Assembly (NCBI GenBank): GCA_028534125.1
Contig: CM052850.1
Location: 19,840,001 to 19,904,000 of the forward strand
Reading direction: 5' to 3'
Source of the DNA: Lama glama
Taxonomy: Eukaryota
DNA length: 64,000 nucleotides
The notes below the pieces were generated by a model, which did no database searches, was not told where the DNA came from, and was given only the letters and a program-made list of their open reading frames with translations. This document shows, one piece after another, positions 48,441-60,971 of the stretch (its first letter is position 1; each line of letters begins with the position of its first letter). A program made the translations under genes and the position numbers.

Positions 48441-49205
48441 GTATCACTACTCCTGCTCCTGCTACTACTAGTGTTCTCTTAACCTGGCCCTGTAGGAGTC
48501 AATCAAATTCAGCAAACACTGGTGACCTACCCTGTGGCAGGATAGGAGAGAGTAGCTAGTGTTCCATGCCCTCAAATAGCTCACGGTCTTGGGAGGGAGT
48601 GAAGTGTTGAGGAGAAGACGTCAAATAGGTAGACAACTCATTGTAAGACAGCGTGAAGAGCCTGAACCAAATTGCTAAGGGATGATAAAGATGGGGCATC
48701 CTCGATGTGGGGATTTGATGGGACCGTGGATGGGAAGGGGCACCGTAACTTCTAAGCACTAATGAAATCTTAGTGGGTCTTGTCCCTGCCGTCCACGCTT
48801 CCCAAGTTGTGGTCCAACACTGAGACTAGTGAGTGTCACGAGTTCAGGTGCGTCGTGCTAGTGCTTGCTAGTGAATGCATTAACATGTCCTGTTCCTGCT
48901 GAAGATGCCCTTGCCAGGAGAACCTGCCCTTGAAGAAGGGGCTGGCTCCCAGCAAAGAAAGGGTTACTGTCCCCGACTGATTGCAGCTGAGGTCCAGTGG
49001 TGACAAGGAGGACCTGTCATGCAAATGGTGGGTGGGGTATGGCAGCAATTAATACGGAGTTTGGAGTTGCTCAGAAAGCCATGGGCTTGTCCAGGGCCTT
49101 AAACCCCCAAGGAGAAGGACAGATAGTGCCTGGGGAGCTGTTGTGAAGGTGGCAGCAGGGTGAGTGGGAAAGGAGAGGGCAAATCAACTTTCGTGAGAGC
49201 CTCTT

Positions 49206-49335
49206 TATTTTGTTTGTTTTTGTTTTGTGGGAGGTTAGGTTTATTTACTTAATGGAGGCACTGGGGATTGAACCTAGGACCTTGTGCATGCCGAGCACAT
49301 ATCCTAGCACTGAGCTATACTCTCCTCCCTCCCCC
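49206..49335 (-). mobile_element. tRNA-Ala-derived camelid SINE (Vic-1 type)
   Basis: ggaggcactggggattgaacctaggaccttgtgcatgccgagcac...ctgagctatactc; TSD-like agagcctcttt / agaggctcttt. Confidence 0.85.
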
Positions 49336-52300
49336 ACAGAGGCTCTTTAGAGAGGAGTCCTCCCTGGGCTGAATGTGTCCTCCCAACTCATCCAGCCAAA
49401 TGGCCTGTGGCTCCACCCATGCACCTCTCACTTGGCCCTTGGCTCCCTTGCTCGGTATTGGCCCTTATTGCCGGCAGCTGCAGCATGTCTGCCAGCTGTG
49501 AGAACAGCTGTGCGCCGACACTGGGCCGGGTTGCCCTCTGGTGTGTTTCCTGTCCCCGCCTGGTTGAACACACTTAGAAATAGGACTCAGCGTTCCTTGG
49601 GTTCTAACTGTAAAACATGTGCTCAGAGGCCCCAAACACCTGTCTGCCTGGGGAGACTGGGACGAATACTTGAGACGCTGGTGGGTTTTCTGGTTTTAAA
49701 GGAAATCGCCTGTCTCGGGGCAGACAGATGTTGATGACGGTGTCTCCAGGGCCATCCTGGGAGCCAATAATGACACCAGATTGTTACCTAAATGCCCAGC
49801 GTCAATTCTGATCTGAAGCTCAGGGTTTTACTGTCAGAAACATCACTTAGGCTCCACCTCTGTTGGCACTGCCTGCCCACACTGCCGACTTCTCAGCTGC
49901 AGCCCTGACATGACTGGTGGCACAGCTGGATCTATACCAGATCCACTTGACTCTTGGCTGCAGAGGGACAGACCGTCAGTGTGTGCTTCCTGACCTCGTC
50001 AGTACAAACAGGCAGGCAGTGTTCCCCAAACCTGCAGAGAGGAGCAAAAGACGCGGTCCAGGAGCTGGCTCTCCAGCCAGGAAGGAGGAGAGTTGCATAA
50101 ATGCAGGGATGGGGAGGGGGAAGGTCTAGCTCTTGTTCAGTGACCGCGGGCCACTGGCCTGGGGCAGGACCCAGGCTGCATGGAGCCCAGCCACACTGTG
50201 GGGCCTTGGAACCCTGGCTCAGGGGTTCGGCTTTATCGAGAAGCGAGAGCGTGTGAGGAGAGGACGATCTACTCAGAGTCATGTTTTAGGAAGTCTACCA
50301 GCTGCCGTACACCACTCACAACCCAAGAATACAAGGCAAAACACAGTATCTAGGATATTACAGAAAAAAAAAAAAGAAAAGGATCCATTTATTTGAACCC
50401 TCCAGACAGCAGTGGGCATCAGACTCAAGCCCAGGAAACCTGAATTTGCCGGCAGGGCCCCACTCGCTGACGCAGGCGTGCAGGGGGCCATGACGATCCT
50501 GCCAGTTTCCTCACCTGGAGGCATCCTCCTTGGCTCTGTTCTCCAGCCTCTTCCCGTGGTTGTTCTGACGGGAGGGAGAGCCTGCCTGACTTTGCAAGGA
50601 GCCTTTTCATATCGTGCATGCCAAGTCATGGCCCTGCCCTCTGCCAGTCTCCCCGAGGCCGGGAAGCGCCTTTGGTAGGGGACGGAGCTCTCTCCACCCA
50701 CTGCCTCCGCTCTCGCTGTGCTGTCCTGGGCTTCAGCCCCGGCAGGGCCCAGGAAGTGGCTCAGAAACCCCCCTGGGCCCTGCCAACCAACGAGCCCGAG
50801 GGCTCTTCTTCCCTCTGCCGATTCCTAGAGACTCCAGCGGCTGGTGACAGAGAGGGGCACTTCTGGCTGCCACAAGGCTCATGGATGGACGCAGCTATGT
50901 AACCTTGGGCTAAAGGGTTAACTCTCTGCCTCAGTTTCCTCGTCTACGAGCTGAGTCATCTCGTTACCTTGCTTAAGGGGTTGCTGTGACCGTTGGACGA
51001 AGTAACGCATAGAGAGCACTTGGCAGAGGGTCTGAACAGGGTCTGAGTTCAGCATGGTCACCGCTGTTACTTTGGTTGCTACTTTAACTTCATCGCACCC
51101 ACACTGTCAGGCCCTGGCCTGTTGCAAATAATTGCAGAATCAAAGAACAAGGGAATAACGTTGAGCTATGTTCTCATTCCCCTGCTCTTGCGGCTGTAGC
51201 CCCTCCCGCCTTTGGTGCCCACGGGTCTACCCCTCACAGCCAGCCGCCAGGAGCATTCTTGGAGCACCCAGGCACCGATGGAGGTAAACGGAGGACCAGA
51301 GGTCGAGGCTGTCACACTTGAACTGCACATCCCCTTGGGGTGCCAGCTCTGCAGGCTCTTCTCAGGACCCTCTGCCAGGTCCTGCAGCTGTTGGCTGGAG
51401 ATGCCAGCTATGGAAACAGCTGGACCTCCACCATCTTGCCTTGTCCTCCCCCTGGATTTTTTGTGATCACTTTAGCAGGCAAGTGCACTTAAATATAAGT
51501 GGCGAATGCTGCACTTGTTTGAAGTGTAAGATATGTCACTCTCAGAAAGAGATTTTGTTCCCTCTGTATAAAAGATAAGAAATAGACGTCTAGTTAAAGA
51601 ACTTTTGGGGCCAGCTCTTCTTTCAGAGGGTGGGAGCCAGCACCCTTTGTCCTTCTGGCGTGGGCTCCAGGGAAGAATGGATGTGCTCGCTTCAGAGCTG
51701 TCAGCTCAGCGGCTCTGGGCTGGGGCTCTCTCATTGATCTATTTCCCTCCTGTGAATGGGTTCTACAGAAGCAGCAGAGCGATTTTCCCCTAATGATTGT
51801 GGATAGAGAAGAATAAAATGTGACTCTAGAGGTATCTTGGGACCTTCGCTGTCATTGCATGCTGACACTTCATTTCAGAATGTAAACGGCCTTCTCCCAT
51901 TTTGCCAAGATAAATGGTTCTCTTTAGTCAGGGACAGCGAGCAAAGAATCAGGGCTTTCCATGTAAAATTGAGGGGCCTCCTCTGTGGGGGGTGAGGGTC
52001 TTCCTCTTCCCTCTTCTCCTGGTCTTCCCCACAATCTCAAAGGAAGGGAGCTGGAGGCTGGAATCCACTGGCCAGCTTGGGCCGTGTACAGCTGGGTGGA
52101 TAGAGTCGGAATCTGTTTCCTTCGAACGAATGTCTCTTGTGAAGCCTGGAGTCTCAGGAAGGGATACCTGCTTCCTGGGCCCTTGGGAAGATCCCTTTTC
52201 AGACCAGACCCTCCCGACCATAAAAGGCAGGGTGGCTGTCTCCTGATCTGGAGTGCAGATCCCTGGATACCCCGGCACTCAAAGCCATTTTGAGTCCAGC

Positions 52301-53159
52301 TGCGGAAGTAATCTCAGTGACCTTTCTCAGGTCCTGCCCTCTGCTGCCTGACCCCTTGAGGGGTGAGGGCACCATGCCGACCAGGCGGCTCCAGGCGACG
52401 GCCCACTCACTGTCGGCCACTGTCTCCCCATCCCGGGCACGTGAGTGTTCTAGGGGGAGGCAGTGGAGGCTCTCCTTGCCCTTAGTAGGAGCAAAGCCCT
52501 CCTACTTGTCACTCTTTACTGTATTTACAGCTGACTTCCTACGTGACCCTATGCAGGGGAGGGGACATGACCCTGGACAGCTTCACTTTATGGGCTTGGA
52601 GAGTCTGGGCTCCAGAAGCAGGTCATCCTGCCTGCAGTCCCTGGGGCTCTGGCTACACTGTTTGGATGGTTCACAGGGACAGTCCTCAGAGGCACCCTGA
52701 CCAGAACATGGCAAACACCTAGCACCTGCTGTGTGTTCACCCATGGGGTGACAGTGATCTTGGGCCTTTGACCTAATCTCAGAGAGTGACCTAATCCATT
52801 GGGTGTCACATCTGGCTGAGACTGGAGGCCATTCACCTCATTTCATCTCAGCTTGATCATATTCTAAAGACTGTATTGGTATACATCTTTATATATATAG
52901 TATGCTTTGATAAATATTATGTTAATACAGTAAATGTTAGTAGCGTATAACTAAATGTTAGTTTATCCCAGTAGTCTCTCTGGTCAGCCCAGGGTATGGT
53001 GAGGTGGTGGGTCTGAATGCCTGGAGTTAGAAAGGCCAGGCTTGGAATTTTCACTCCACCATTTGCCAGCTGTGTGACCTCAGGCAAGTACTTTGCCTCT
53101 CTGGCCCCAGACTCCTCATCTGCAAGTTGAGTACAATATTAGTGCTGACTCACTGAGGG

Positions 53160-53780
53160 TTTTTTAAATTGAAGTATTGTTAAGGTATTGTTAATTTACA
53201 GCATATTAGTTTCTGGTGTACAGCATAGTGATTCAGTTATACATTTATGTGTGTGTGTGTATATATATATATGTATATATATATATATTCTTTTTTATTA
53301 TAGGTTATTACAAGCTATTGAATATAGTTCCCTGTGCCATACAGTAGACACTTGTTGTTTATCTATTTTATGCATAGTAGTTTGTATCTGCAAATCCCAA
53401 ACTCCTAACTTATTCCTCTCCTCCATTTTCCCTTTGGTAACCATAAGTTTGTTTTCTATGTCTGTGAGTCTCTTCTGGTTTTGTAAATAAGTTCATTTGT
53501 GTCGTTTTTTTTTAGATTCCATGTATAAGTGATATCATATGATACTTGTCTTTCTCTGACTTACTTCACTTAGTATGATGATCTCCAGGTCCACTTAACA
53601 TTGTTGCAAATGGTGTTATTTTATTCTTTTTTATGGCTTGGTAATATTCCATTGTATAAATATACCACACACACTGGGGTGCATGTATCTTTCAAATTAG
53701 AGTTTTCTCTGATATATGCCCAGGAGTGGGATTGCTGGATCGTACAGTAACTCTTGTTTTAGTTTTTTAAGGAATCTTCA
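53160..53780 (-). mobile_element. L1 3' end inserted into a MIR; contains a (TG)n(TA)n tract
   Basis: ttttttaaattgaagtat...tttctggtgtacagcatagtgattcagttatac...tttagattccatgtataagtgatatcat...gcccaggagtgggattgctggatc. Confidence 0.92.
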
Positions 53781-54035
53781 CATGACTGAGTTTTGTGAGG
53801 ATAAAGCCTGAGAGTGCTTGTGAAGTGCTTAGCTCTGTGTCTACTTCACCCTTAGGAAACGCTCTGTAAGTGTTAGTGCTTTTCAGTGCTCTTATTATTC
53901 CATTAGTGTAAATAGTGCTTCCTGTTGGGGCTGCTCCTGAATGAGTGGTACCTTCTTGCCATAAATGACACATGGGATATGTCCTGATTCATAGTCACAG
54001 GTTAGAGGCCTGAGGTTTAAACTCCACCTGGTTTG

Positions 54036-54172
54036 GAGGGGAGTATATGGCTCAAGCAGTAGAGCGCATGCTTAGTATGTACAAGGTCCTTGGTTCAACT
54101 CCCAGTACCTCCTCTAAAAATAAATACATAAATAAACCTAATTACCTCCTCCCTGCCAAAAAAGTGGTAGGA
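54036..54172 (+). mobile_element. tRNA-Ala-derived camelid SINE (Vic-1 type)
   Basis: tatatggctcaagcagtagagcgcatgcttagtatgtacaaggtccttggttcaactcccagtacctcc + A-rich tail; TSD-like taaactccacctggttt / taaacgccaccagatt. Confidence 0.88.
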
Positions 54173-55549
54173 TAAACGCCACCAGATTCTTCAGTGTGGG
54201 AGACTTGGGAGTCAGAAGGCTCAGCTTTATTTCCTGCTTTGTCACTTGCTGCTTCCGCGGGTATCCCTAACACACTCTCCTGGTTTGTGCGAGGGGATGA
54301 CGATGTCAGCCAGGCTGTGGGGAGGACCGGACAGGCTAGTGATGCCAAAGTCCTTGGCTTAGGGCCTGATGCATGAACCTGTCTTTCTTTCTTCCTCCCT
54401 CCCTCCCTTCCTTCCTTCCTGGGTTTTCAAGCCAGGCCTGAGGCTAAGAGGTGAGTCTTGGTGAGTCCTCCAGGCCCAAACAAAACAGGGCAGTGGTGGA
54501 GAACGATGCAAAGGGAAATGACTTGGGGTTGCGATTTCAAGAATATCCCTTTGAGATGATGGTTTTGGTGTTGCGTGATTTATTTCTATTAATAATCTCT
54601 CCTTTCTCGTTGTACTATAATAATATCTCCTCAGGAAAATGAGGCTCAGAGTGGTGAATTTACTTACCCAAGATCACACAGCAGGTTACTGGAGGAGCCA
54701 GAATTTGAACCCTACTCTGCCAGACTCCAAAGTCCAAGTTCTTCCCACCATCCTTGATTGTCTTCAGGAATTAGGATCCCCCTGCTCTAAATGTTCATGG
54801 TAATAAGGAGACCATCAGTATGAGAATTAAAAGTCCCCAAGGTCAGGCTCTCTCTGCCTCCTGTTCTAGGGGAAGGGATGAGATAAGCTAACCAGGTGGC
54901 CTTTCCCCCTCTTCTGGGACTGGCCTCACTGGCAGTGAGATTACACTCTCCCAGTGGCACCTTTTGTTAGGTCACAATTGATCCCAGGCTCTTTATGAAG
55001 CCAGGCAGAGCGTTCCTTGTTTTCACAGACACACCAGGCTAATACTCTTGTGTCCCAGCTCCCAAGTGCCTTTTTTATTTCCTGGTTTACTGATTATTTC
55101 AATTCCACCAGCCTCATTTGAAAAACCCTTTCATTCATCACAAAAGCAAACTGCACAGTCAAAAGCCAGATCCTGTCCTTTGGGCATGGCCTCATTTCCT
55201 ACCCCATGATTGACAAGGACCCAGGAGCGCCTTGCACACCTGGGCAAGTGATTGCTGTGCGCTTCGACCACTGGGGCTGTCATGCTGGGCTGGGGCTAGG
55301 AGTCGGGGGAGCCTGGTCCTCCCCCAGGGCTTCCGGCCTCAGACATTCCTGCTGCTTTATGGACATAATCAGTTCGTGAATCATGACTTGCCTTCTGAAG
55401 TGCAAATTTGCAACCAGTTCTCCATGAGGCTTTGCAGTCAGGTGAATTACAGCCAGGGCAGTCTGTATGCCTAAATTTTTCATTCAATTAAAAATTATGT
55501 CAAAACATCTATGTATGCATGAAAGCATATCTTTTAAGATATGCTCCAT

Positions 55550-56160
55550 TTATTTCATTCACTGAGTATTTTTGTTTTTGTTTTTTTGTGAAGGGAGGTC
55601 ATTAGATCTATTTATTTATTATTAAATTTTTTTAATGGAGATACTGGGGATTGAACCCAGGACTTTGTGCATGCTAAGCATATGCTCTACCATTTGAGCT
55701 ATACCCTCCCACACTCATTGAGTATTTGTTAAACACCTAGTTTTAAGGGCAGGCTCTGGGGAGACAATGGAGCTAGAAATAGATGTGGCCTCTGCCCTCA
55801 AGTAGCTTATAGTCTTATAACAGATCAGATTCCATCAGATAATTGCACAAATAATTAAATTGTAACTATAATAAGTATCACAAGTAGCCTAGGATCAAGC
55901 CAGTCAATAGGAGGATGACCAGGTCCTAACTTGGCACAGAGTGAAGAGAAAAGCATTGTAGGCTGAGGGAACAGCATGCCCAAAGGCCACGTGTGTCAGG
56001 AAGGAGAAGATGAGCATGGCAGCCTGAAAGATGGCCAGCGTGGTTGAAGTAGACGGAGCAAGGGGCGTGACACGCAAATGGAGGCTGCGGAGAAGGAGGG
56101 ACCCAATCCTTCGGAGCCCTGCGGGCGCTGAGAAGATGACTTGTCTTCATTCTGCACAAT
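55550..56160 (-). mobile_element. L2 LINE 3' region
   Basis: tttcattcactgagtattt...agatgtggcctctgccctcaagtagcttatagtct...agggaacagcatgcccaaaggcc. Confidence 0.7.
55570..55710 (-). mobile_element. tRNA-Ala-derived camelid SINE (Vic-1 type) inserted in an L2 tail
   Basis: ggagatactggggattgaacccaggactttgtgcatgctaagcatatgctctaccatttgagctataccctccc; TSD-like cattcactgagtattt / cactcattgagtattt. Confidence 0.9.
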
Positions 56161-56195
56161 AGGAAAGCGCTGGGCAGAACCACTGTTTCTGTGTC

Positions 56196-56216
56196 TCCAG
56201 CACCTGGGACAGTGCC
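56196..56216 (+). promoter_or_regulatory. RE1/NRSE (REST-binding) motif
   Basis: TCCAGCACCTGGGACAGTGCC vs consensus TTCAGCACCACGGACAGCGCC; both half-site cores (CAGCACC, GGACAG) and the 2-nt spacer are intact. Confidence 0.65.
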
Positions 56217-58443
56217 ACGCACTGCACATGTCTGAGGAGTGGCTGCATCCCATCCCGCCCGTGAGGGAGGAAGGGATCCACCAGTGGAAGGATTGAGCAC
56301 AAGGGAGATGAGGGATGCTCTCTGGAGTACTTGCAAACCCTGGAATGGATGCAGCACCATCCCCTGCCCACCCCCACCTCCTCAACGCTGACCGTGGGGA
56401 TCTGGTGCAGGCTGGGATTTTAACTGCAGGTATTCGGAATTAACTAAGTCAGCTAAGTTCCTGCTTTGGCCATTCTTACAGGCACTTTGTGTTCTATTTC
56501 TGCCTTGAATAATAGTCCCCAGGATCCTGAATAAGCTACAAGACTTAATATTGATTTGTTTTCTTTCTTTGTTAAAAGTATTATTAATGATCTATTGAGA
56601 ATTTGAGGTTTACCTTATTAACCATCATTAATGGTAGTCCTTTTATGTTGTTTATAACTTTCAAATGGGGTCTATCAGTTCCCAGCCCTGGTGGCTTTGT
56701 CTGTAGGTGGCTGCACTGTGGTCTGTCACCCTCACTGGTTGCTCTTTTCCCCCTGCAAGCTCCCCACCTCCCCACAATGCTCCCTATCCTTCCCTTTGTT
56801 ACAAGGTGCAGGGATAGAAATCCAGGTCTGACCTTTTCAATGTCAGCCTCTGTCCAAGGACATTTGGCTGAGAAGCAGGGACAGTGCTCTACCTGGCCCT
56901 GGGCCTTGGCTGTGGGCAGGAGGAACCAGGCAGCTTCAAACTATTCAACACACCCCTCCATTTGTAGCTCGCCAGCTTTTCATTCACTGGTTTGCATGTC
57001 TGACACCTCACTTGGCACATGATTTATTACAGCTTTTAAATAGTCCTTTCTTTCTGAATTGAACTGTTCCTGTATTCATTTGGAATGGGAAGATTGACTT
57101 CTAAGTGTTTGTGGTGCGAATCTTCCCAGGGGTGATGGTTTCAGGTTAGGGGCTTCCCGTTCTTAGTGCTAAGCCAAGGACCCATAACCCAGGAACCACC
57201 CACCCCCACCCCAATCTGGCTGGAAATGAAAGAGATGGGAGGAGACACACCAGAAGCTGCCCGAGACCTGGCTGAAGGAAGGAGCGTGTATGGAGAAACC
57301 TTTTAGTTTTGCCAACACCTTCAAGGATAGAAAAACAACCTTCTACCTGGATCACAGGCAAGGGAAGGTAGTTCCATCTAAACAGTTGGGAAAGGGCTTT
57401 AGGATCCATACAGGACCTTCTCTCCTGGATGGGTGTATTGGATTCCGTTTTGAAAATACTTTGCTGGGGTGAGTTTCTCTAACATATGTCTTTCTCTCTC
57501 TCGTCTTCTGCAAGGTTGGACAACCTCTGTAGCCAAAATCCCTCTTGCTGGAGTTAAAGCCTCTTAGGGACCAGTCAAGCTGGAATAAAGGATGGGTATA
57601 ACAAAACATGCAAGTTCTCTTTCCTTTTAAAGACAATTATGTTTCACGGAGACTACCTGAATAAACTCATCAGTTTGTTATTATCATTCTGGGATTATAA
57701 CTGGGGAGGACGGTTGCAGAAATCCCTGTGAAAATCTTCCATGCTCTGCATGGGGAGGGCAAGTCCTACCACTTTACTGTGGAGCATTCTGGTTCCTATT
57801 GTTACCCTGTATTTATAGACTGGGCTCCACTCAGAGCCCACCTCCTTCTGTCGCTGGTTGAAAGGCTATTGAATGCAATCCCAATTAAAGGAGGAAGATG
57901 TGGCGTGGTTGTAGGAGCGAGGCAGAGAGAGGGGAGGGAGTAAACCACTCCGGGTGCCGTATGAGTCACCTGACCCTCTGCAAAGGGACACCCATTAGCA
58001 ATATCAGGGCCCTTTGTTCCCTTCAAGATTCCCGCAGTGAGCGCCACCCATTTTTACCACAACGGTGAGAAAATTAATTCTTGTGCTCATCTGCCTCCAC
58101 CCAGTCTCAATTCTGAAGCCTCAATGGCTTCATCCTCCATTGATCATGACACAGTTGCCACCTGTCACTCTAGCTTGATTTTCTTGCCATCGCATTGTCT
58201 CCTGTGCCATCCACCTGGCCCACTGGAAGGATGCTTTTCCGGACAGTGTAGCAGTGGCAGGTTGACAGGTAAGGTGGTTTCTGAGGGGCTGCCATGATGC
58301 CCAGAGGAATGCAGTTCAGCCCTTGGAGTTTGGTTCTTCCTCCCAAATTCAGGCAAACAGTAGAGAAGTTAAAAAATCCTTAAGTATCTTATACCCTTGC
58401 CTCATTTGGCCACAGAGGGACATAGCAGTCAAAAAGCCTGGGT

Positions 58444-58831
58444 TCATTTGTAAAGGAACTTATTTACAGAACAGAGACAGACTCACAGACATAGAAAACA
58501 AGCTTGTGCTTACCAGAGGGGGACAAGGGGCAGAGGGATAAACTGGGAGTTTGGGATTTGCAGATACTAACTACTATATATAAAATAAACAATAAGGTCC
58601 TACTGTTCAGCACAGGGAACTATGTTCAATACCTTGTAATGGCATGTAATTAAAAAGAACATGAAAAAGTATATATCTATATCTATCTATATCTGAATCA
58701 CTATACTGTACACCAGAAATTAACACACTGTAAATTGACTATACTTCAATTTAAAAAAATAAAGTTTGAGAGGTAAATAAATAAATAAATGTTCACTTTC
58801 ATGCCAAATAAATAAATAGATAGATAGAAGC
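58444..58831 (+). mobile_element. 5'-truncated L1 3' end in sense orientation with a composite tail
   Basis: acagagacagactcacagacatagaaaacaagctt...cagcacagggaactatgttcaataccttgtaat...tgtaaattgactatacttcaat; TSD aagcctgggt at 58434-58443 and 58832-58841. Confidence 0.9.
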
Positions 58832-59212
58832 AAGCCTGGGTACTTTAAGCCATGGGAGAGGCGTGGAGTCACTCTCAAGTGAGAGGGGGTTCAAGTTATT
58901 TGTAAAATTGACATTTCCTTTCAAGAATGGGTGAGAACCATTCATTCTTCATCATGATGCAGCTGGGTTTATTCTTATCCTCGCTGCCTCTACCCCACTT
59001 TCAATTCTCAGCGCTTTTATTGCTTTTGTTTTTCACCAAGCTGGGGGTCGTTGTTGAACCACCAGTGCAGGGCTTCTAGGGCGGAAGCAGCAGAATCACC
59101 CCCCCAACTCATTCAGCAGCCACGGGCAGTCACCCGTGGAGCCCATCCTGTGCACTGGTCTGCACAGATGTGATCCCTACCCTGCAAGAACTCTCAGTTT
59201 AGAGCAAGTGTC

Positions 59213-59677
59213 CTTTTTAAAAATTGTAGTAAAATACACATAACATAAACCATCTGAACCTTTTTTACGGAAACAGTTCAGTTGTGTTAAGTACATTCAC
59301 ACTGNNNNNNNNNNNNNNNNNNNNNNNNNNNNNNNNNNNNNNNNNNNNNNNNNNNNNNNNNNNNNNNNNNNNNNNNNNNNNNNNNNNNNNNNNNNNNNNN
59401 NNNNNNNNNNNNNNNNNNNNNNNNNNNNNNNNNNNNNNNNNNNNNNNNNNNNNNNNNNNNNNNNNNNNNNNNNNNNNNNNNNNNNNNNNNNNNNNNNNNN
59501 NNNNNNNNNNNNNNNNNNNNNNNCCTTTTTCAAGGCTGACTAATACTCCACATATAACATTTTGCTTATCCATTTATCCATCAATGGACACTTGGGTTGC
59601 TTCCACCTTTTAGTTATTGTGAATAATGCTGCTGTGAACATGGGTACGCAAATACCTCTCTGAGGCCTTGCTTTCCA
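59213..59677 (-). mobile_element. L1M 3' end containing an N run
   Basis: aattgtagtaaaatacacataacataaac...gttaagtacattcaca; tatccatttatccatcaatggacacttgggttgcttccacctttt...gaataatgctgctgtgaacatggg. Confidence 0.88.
59305..59523. other. N run (219 nt)
   Basis: Directly visible; lies inside an L1. Confidence 0.98.
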
Positions 59678-60024
59678 GAGCAAGCATTCTTAACCTGGGA
59701 GCTGGGAACTCCTAGAAACTACCTGCCATTTGTGGTGTGAAAATGCATCTTGTTCTGGGGAAAGCAAATCTGTAGCCCTCATCAGGTTTGCAGTGGTGTT
59801 AGGATGCCAAATGGCTTCAGTCTAGAGGGGAACAAGAGCAGCCCCTGCTTCAAAAACCCCTGAGGCCCCACCTGTCCTGAGCTTTCCAGTGGCAGCTGCA
59901 GGGGTGCAGGAGCAAGTCGTCCACATCGATTCCACCACGCCACTTTCTACCCGGGTGAACCTTGGCAGCTCATTTGACTTCTTGGAGGCTTCGTCTTCTA
60001 GTCTGTAAAATAGGGATAATGACA

Positions 60025-60169
60025 GGGGAGGGTATAGCTCAGTGGTAGAGCGCCTGCATAGCATGCACAAGATCCTAGGTTCAATCCCCAGTACCTCCAT
60101 TACAGAAAGCAAATAAAAGCTTAAAAATAAATAAAAAAGAATAACTTTAAAACAGCCTACGTATTTTTA
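60025..60169 (+). mobile_element. tRNA-Ala-derived camelid SINE (Vic-1 type) with a perfect 18-bp TSD, inserted in a MIR
   Basis: ggggagggtatagctcagtggtagagcgcctgcatagcatgcacaagatcctaggttcaatccccagtacctcca; TSD aaaatagggataatgaca at 60007-60024 and 60170-60187. Confidence 0.93.
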
Positions 60170-60247
60170 AAAATAGGGATAATGACAACATCCTCCTATA
60201 GTTGTTGAGAAAATTAAATGAACACAGTGCAGTGGTTAAAAGCCTGG

Positions 60248-60690
60248 TGTGACAGGCTGAATAACGGTCCCCCTCCCAAATATTCAGCTCATAACCCCTG
60301 GCATTGGTGAATATCACCTAGGGCAAAAGGATGTGATCAAATTCAGGATCTTAAGATGTGGAGATGATCCTGGATTTTCTGTAGGGGTCTTAAACGCAGT
60401 GATAAGTGTTCTTATGAAAGAGAAGCAGAGGGAAGTTGGACTCCAGAAGAGGAAGTAAGAGATGTGACAATTGTAGCAAGAGATTGGAGAGCTGGGAGGA
60501 GGGGGCTGTGAGATGGAAAAAGCAAGGGAGTGGATCCCCTCCTAGAGCCCCCAGCCTGGCTAGCGACCTTGACTTGAGTCCAATGGGACTCATATCAGAC
60601 TTCTGGCCTCCAGAACTGGAAGAGAATAATTTGGGTTAAGTCACAATCTTCTGGTTATTTTTTACAGGAACAACAGGAAACAAAAACACA
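60248..60690 (+). mobile_element. MaLR solo LTR (MLT1D-like)
   Basis: tgtgacaggctgaataacggtcccc...ggatcttaagatgtggagatgatcctggatt...gacttctggcctccagaactggaagagaataa...acaggaaacaaaaacaca. Confidence 0.85.
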
Positions 60691-60922
60691 CAGATTCTGG
60701 AGCCAGATTGTGTGGGTTCCATCCCAGCTCCACTACTTGTCAGCTGTGTGACCTAGGGGAGGTCATTTACCCTCATCATCTTTAATGGGGATAATGATAA
60801 TAACTTAGGGTCGTTATGAGGATTAGGGGAGTTAATATTTGTAAAGCATTGAGAACGGTGCGGGGAGCTATTTTTCACAGGGTGGCATAGTCAGAAGGGC
60901 TATGGAACAGGTAGTGAAATCG

Positions 60923-60971
60923 GCCTTGTGGGGAGGAGCCTTGTGGGAGGAGCCTAGTGGGAGGAGCCTAG
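60923..60971. repeat. Tandem repeat, 14-bp unit gcct(t/a)gtgggagga, about 3.4 copies
   Basis: gccttgtggggagga gccttgtgggagga gcctagtgggagga gcctag. Confidence 0.9.

Noticed and set aside
60025-60100. tRNA-Ala-like genes (also at 11970, 49255, 54040, 55636)
   Set aside because: Each has an A-rich tail, TSDs and a degenerate cloverleaf, so they are SINEs, not tRNA genes.
60923-60971. CRISPR-like array
   Set aside because: Head-to-tail tandem units without spacers, in mammalian DNA.
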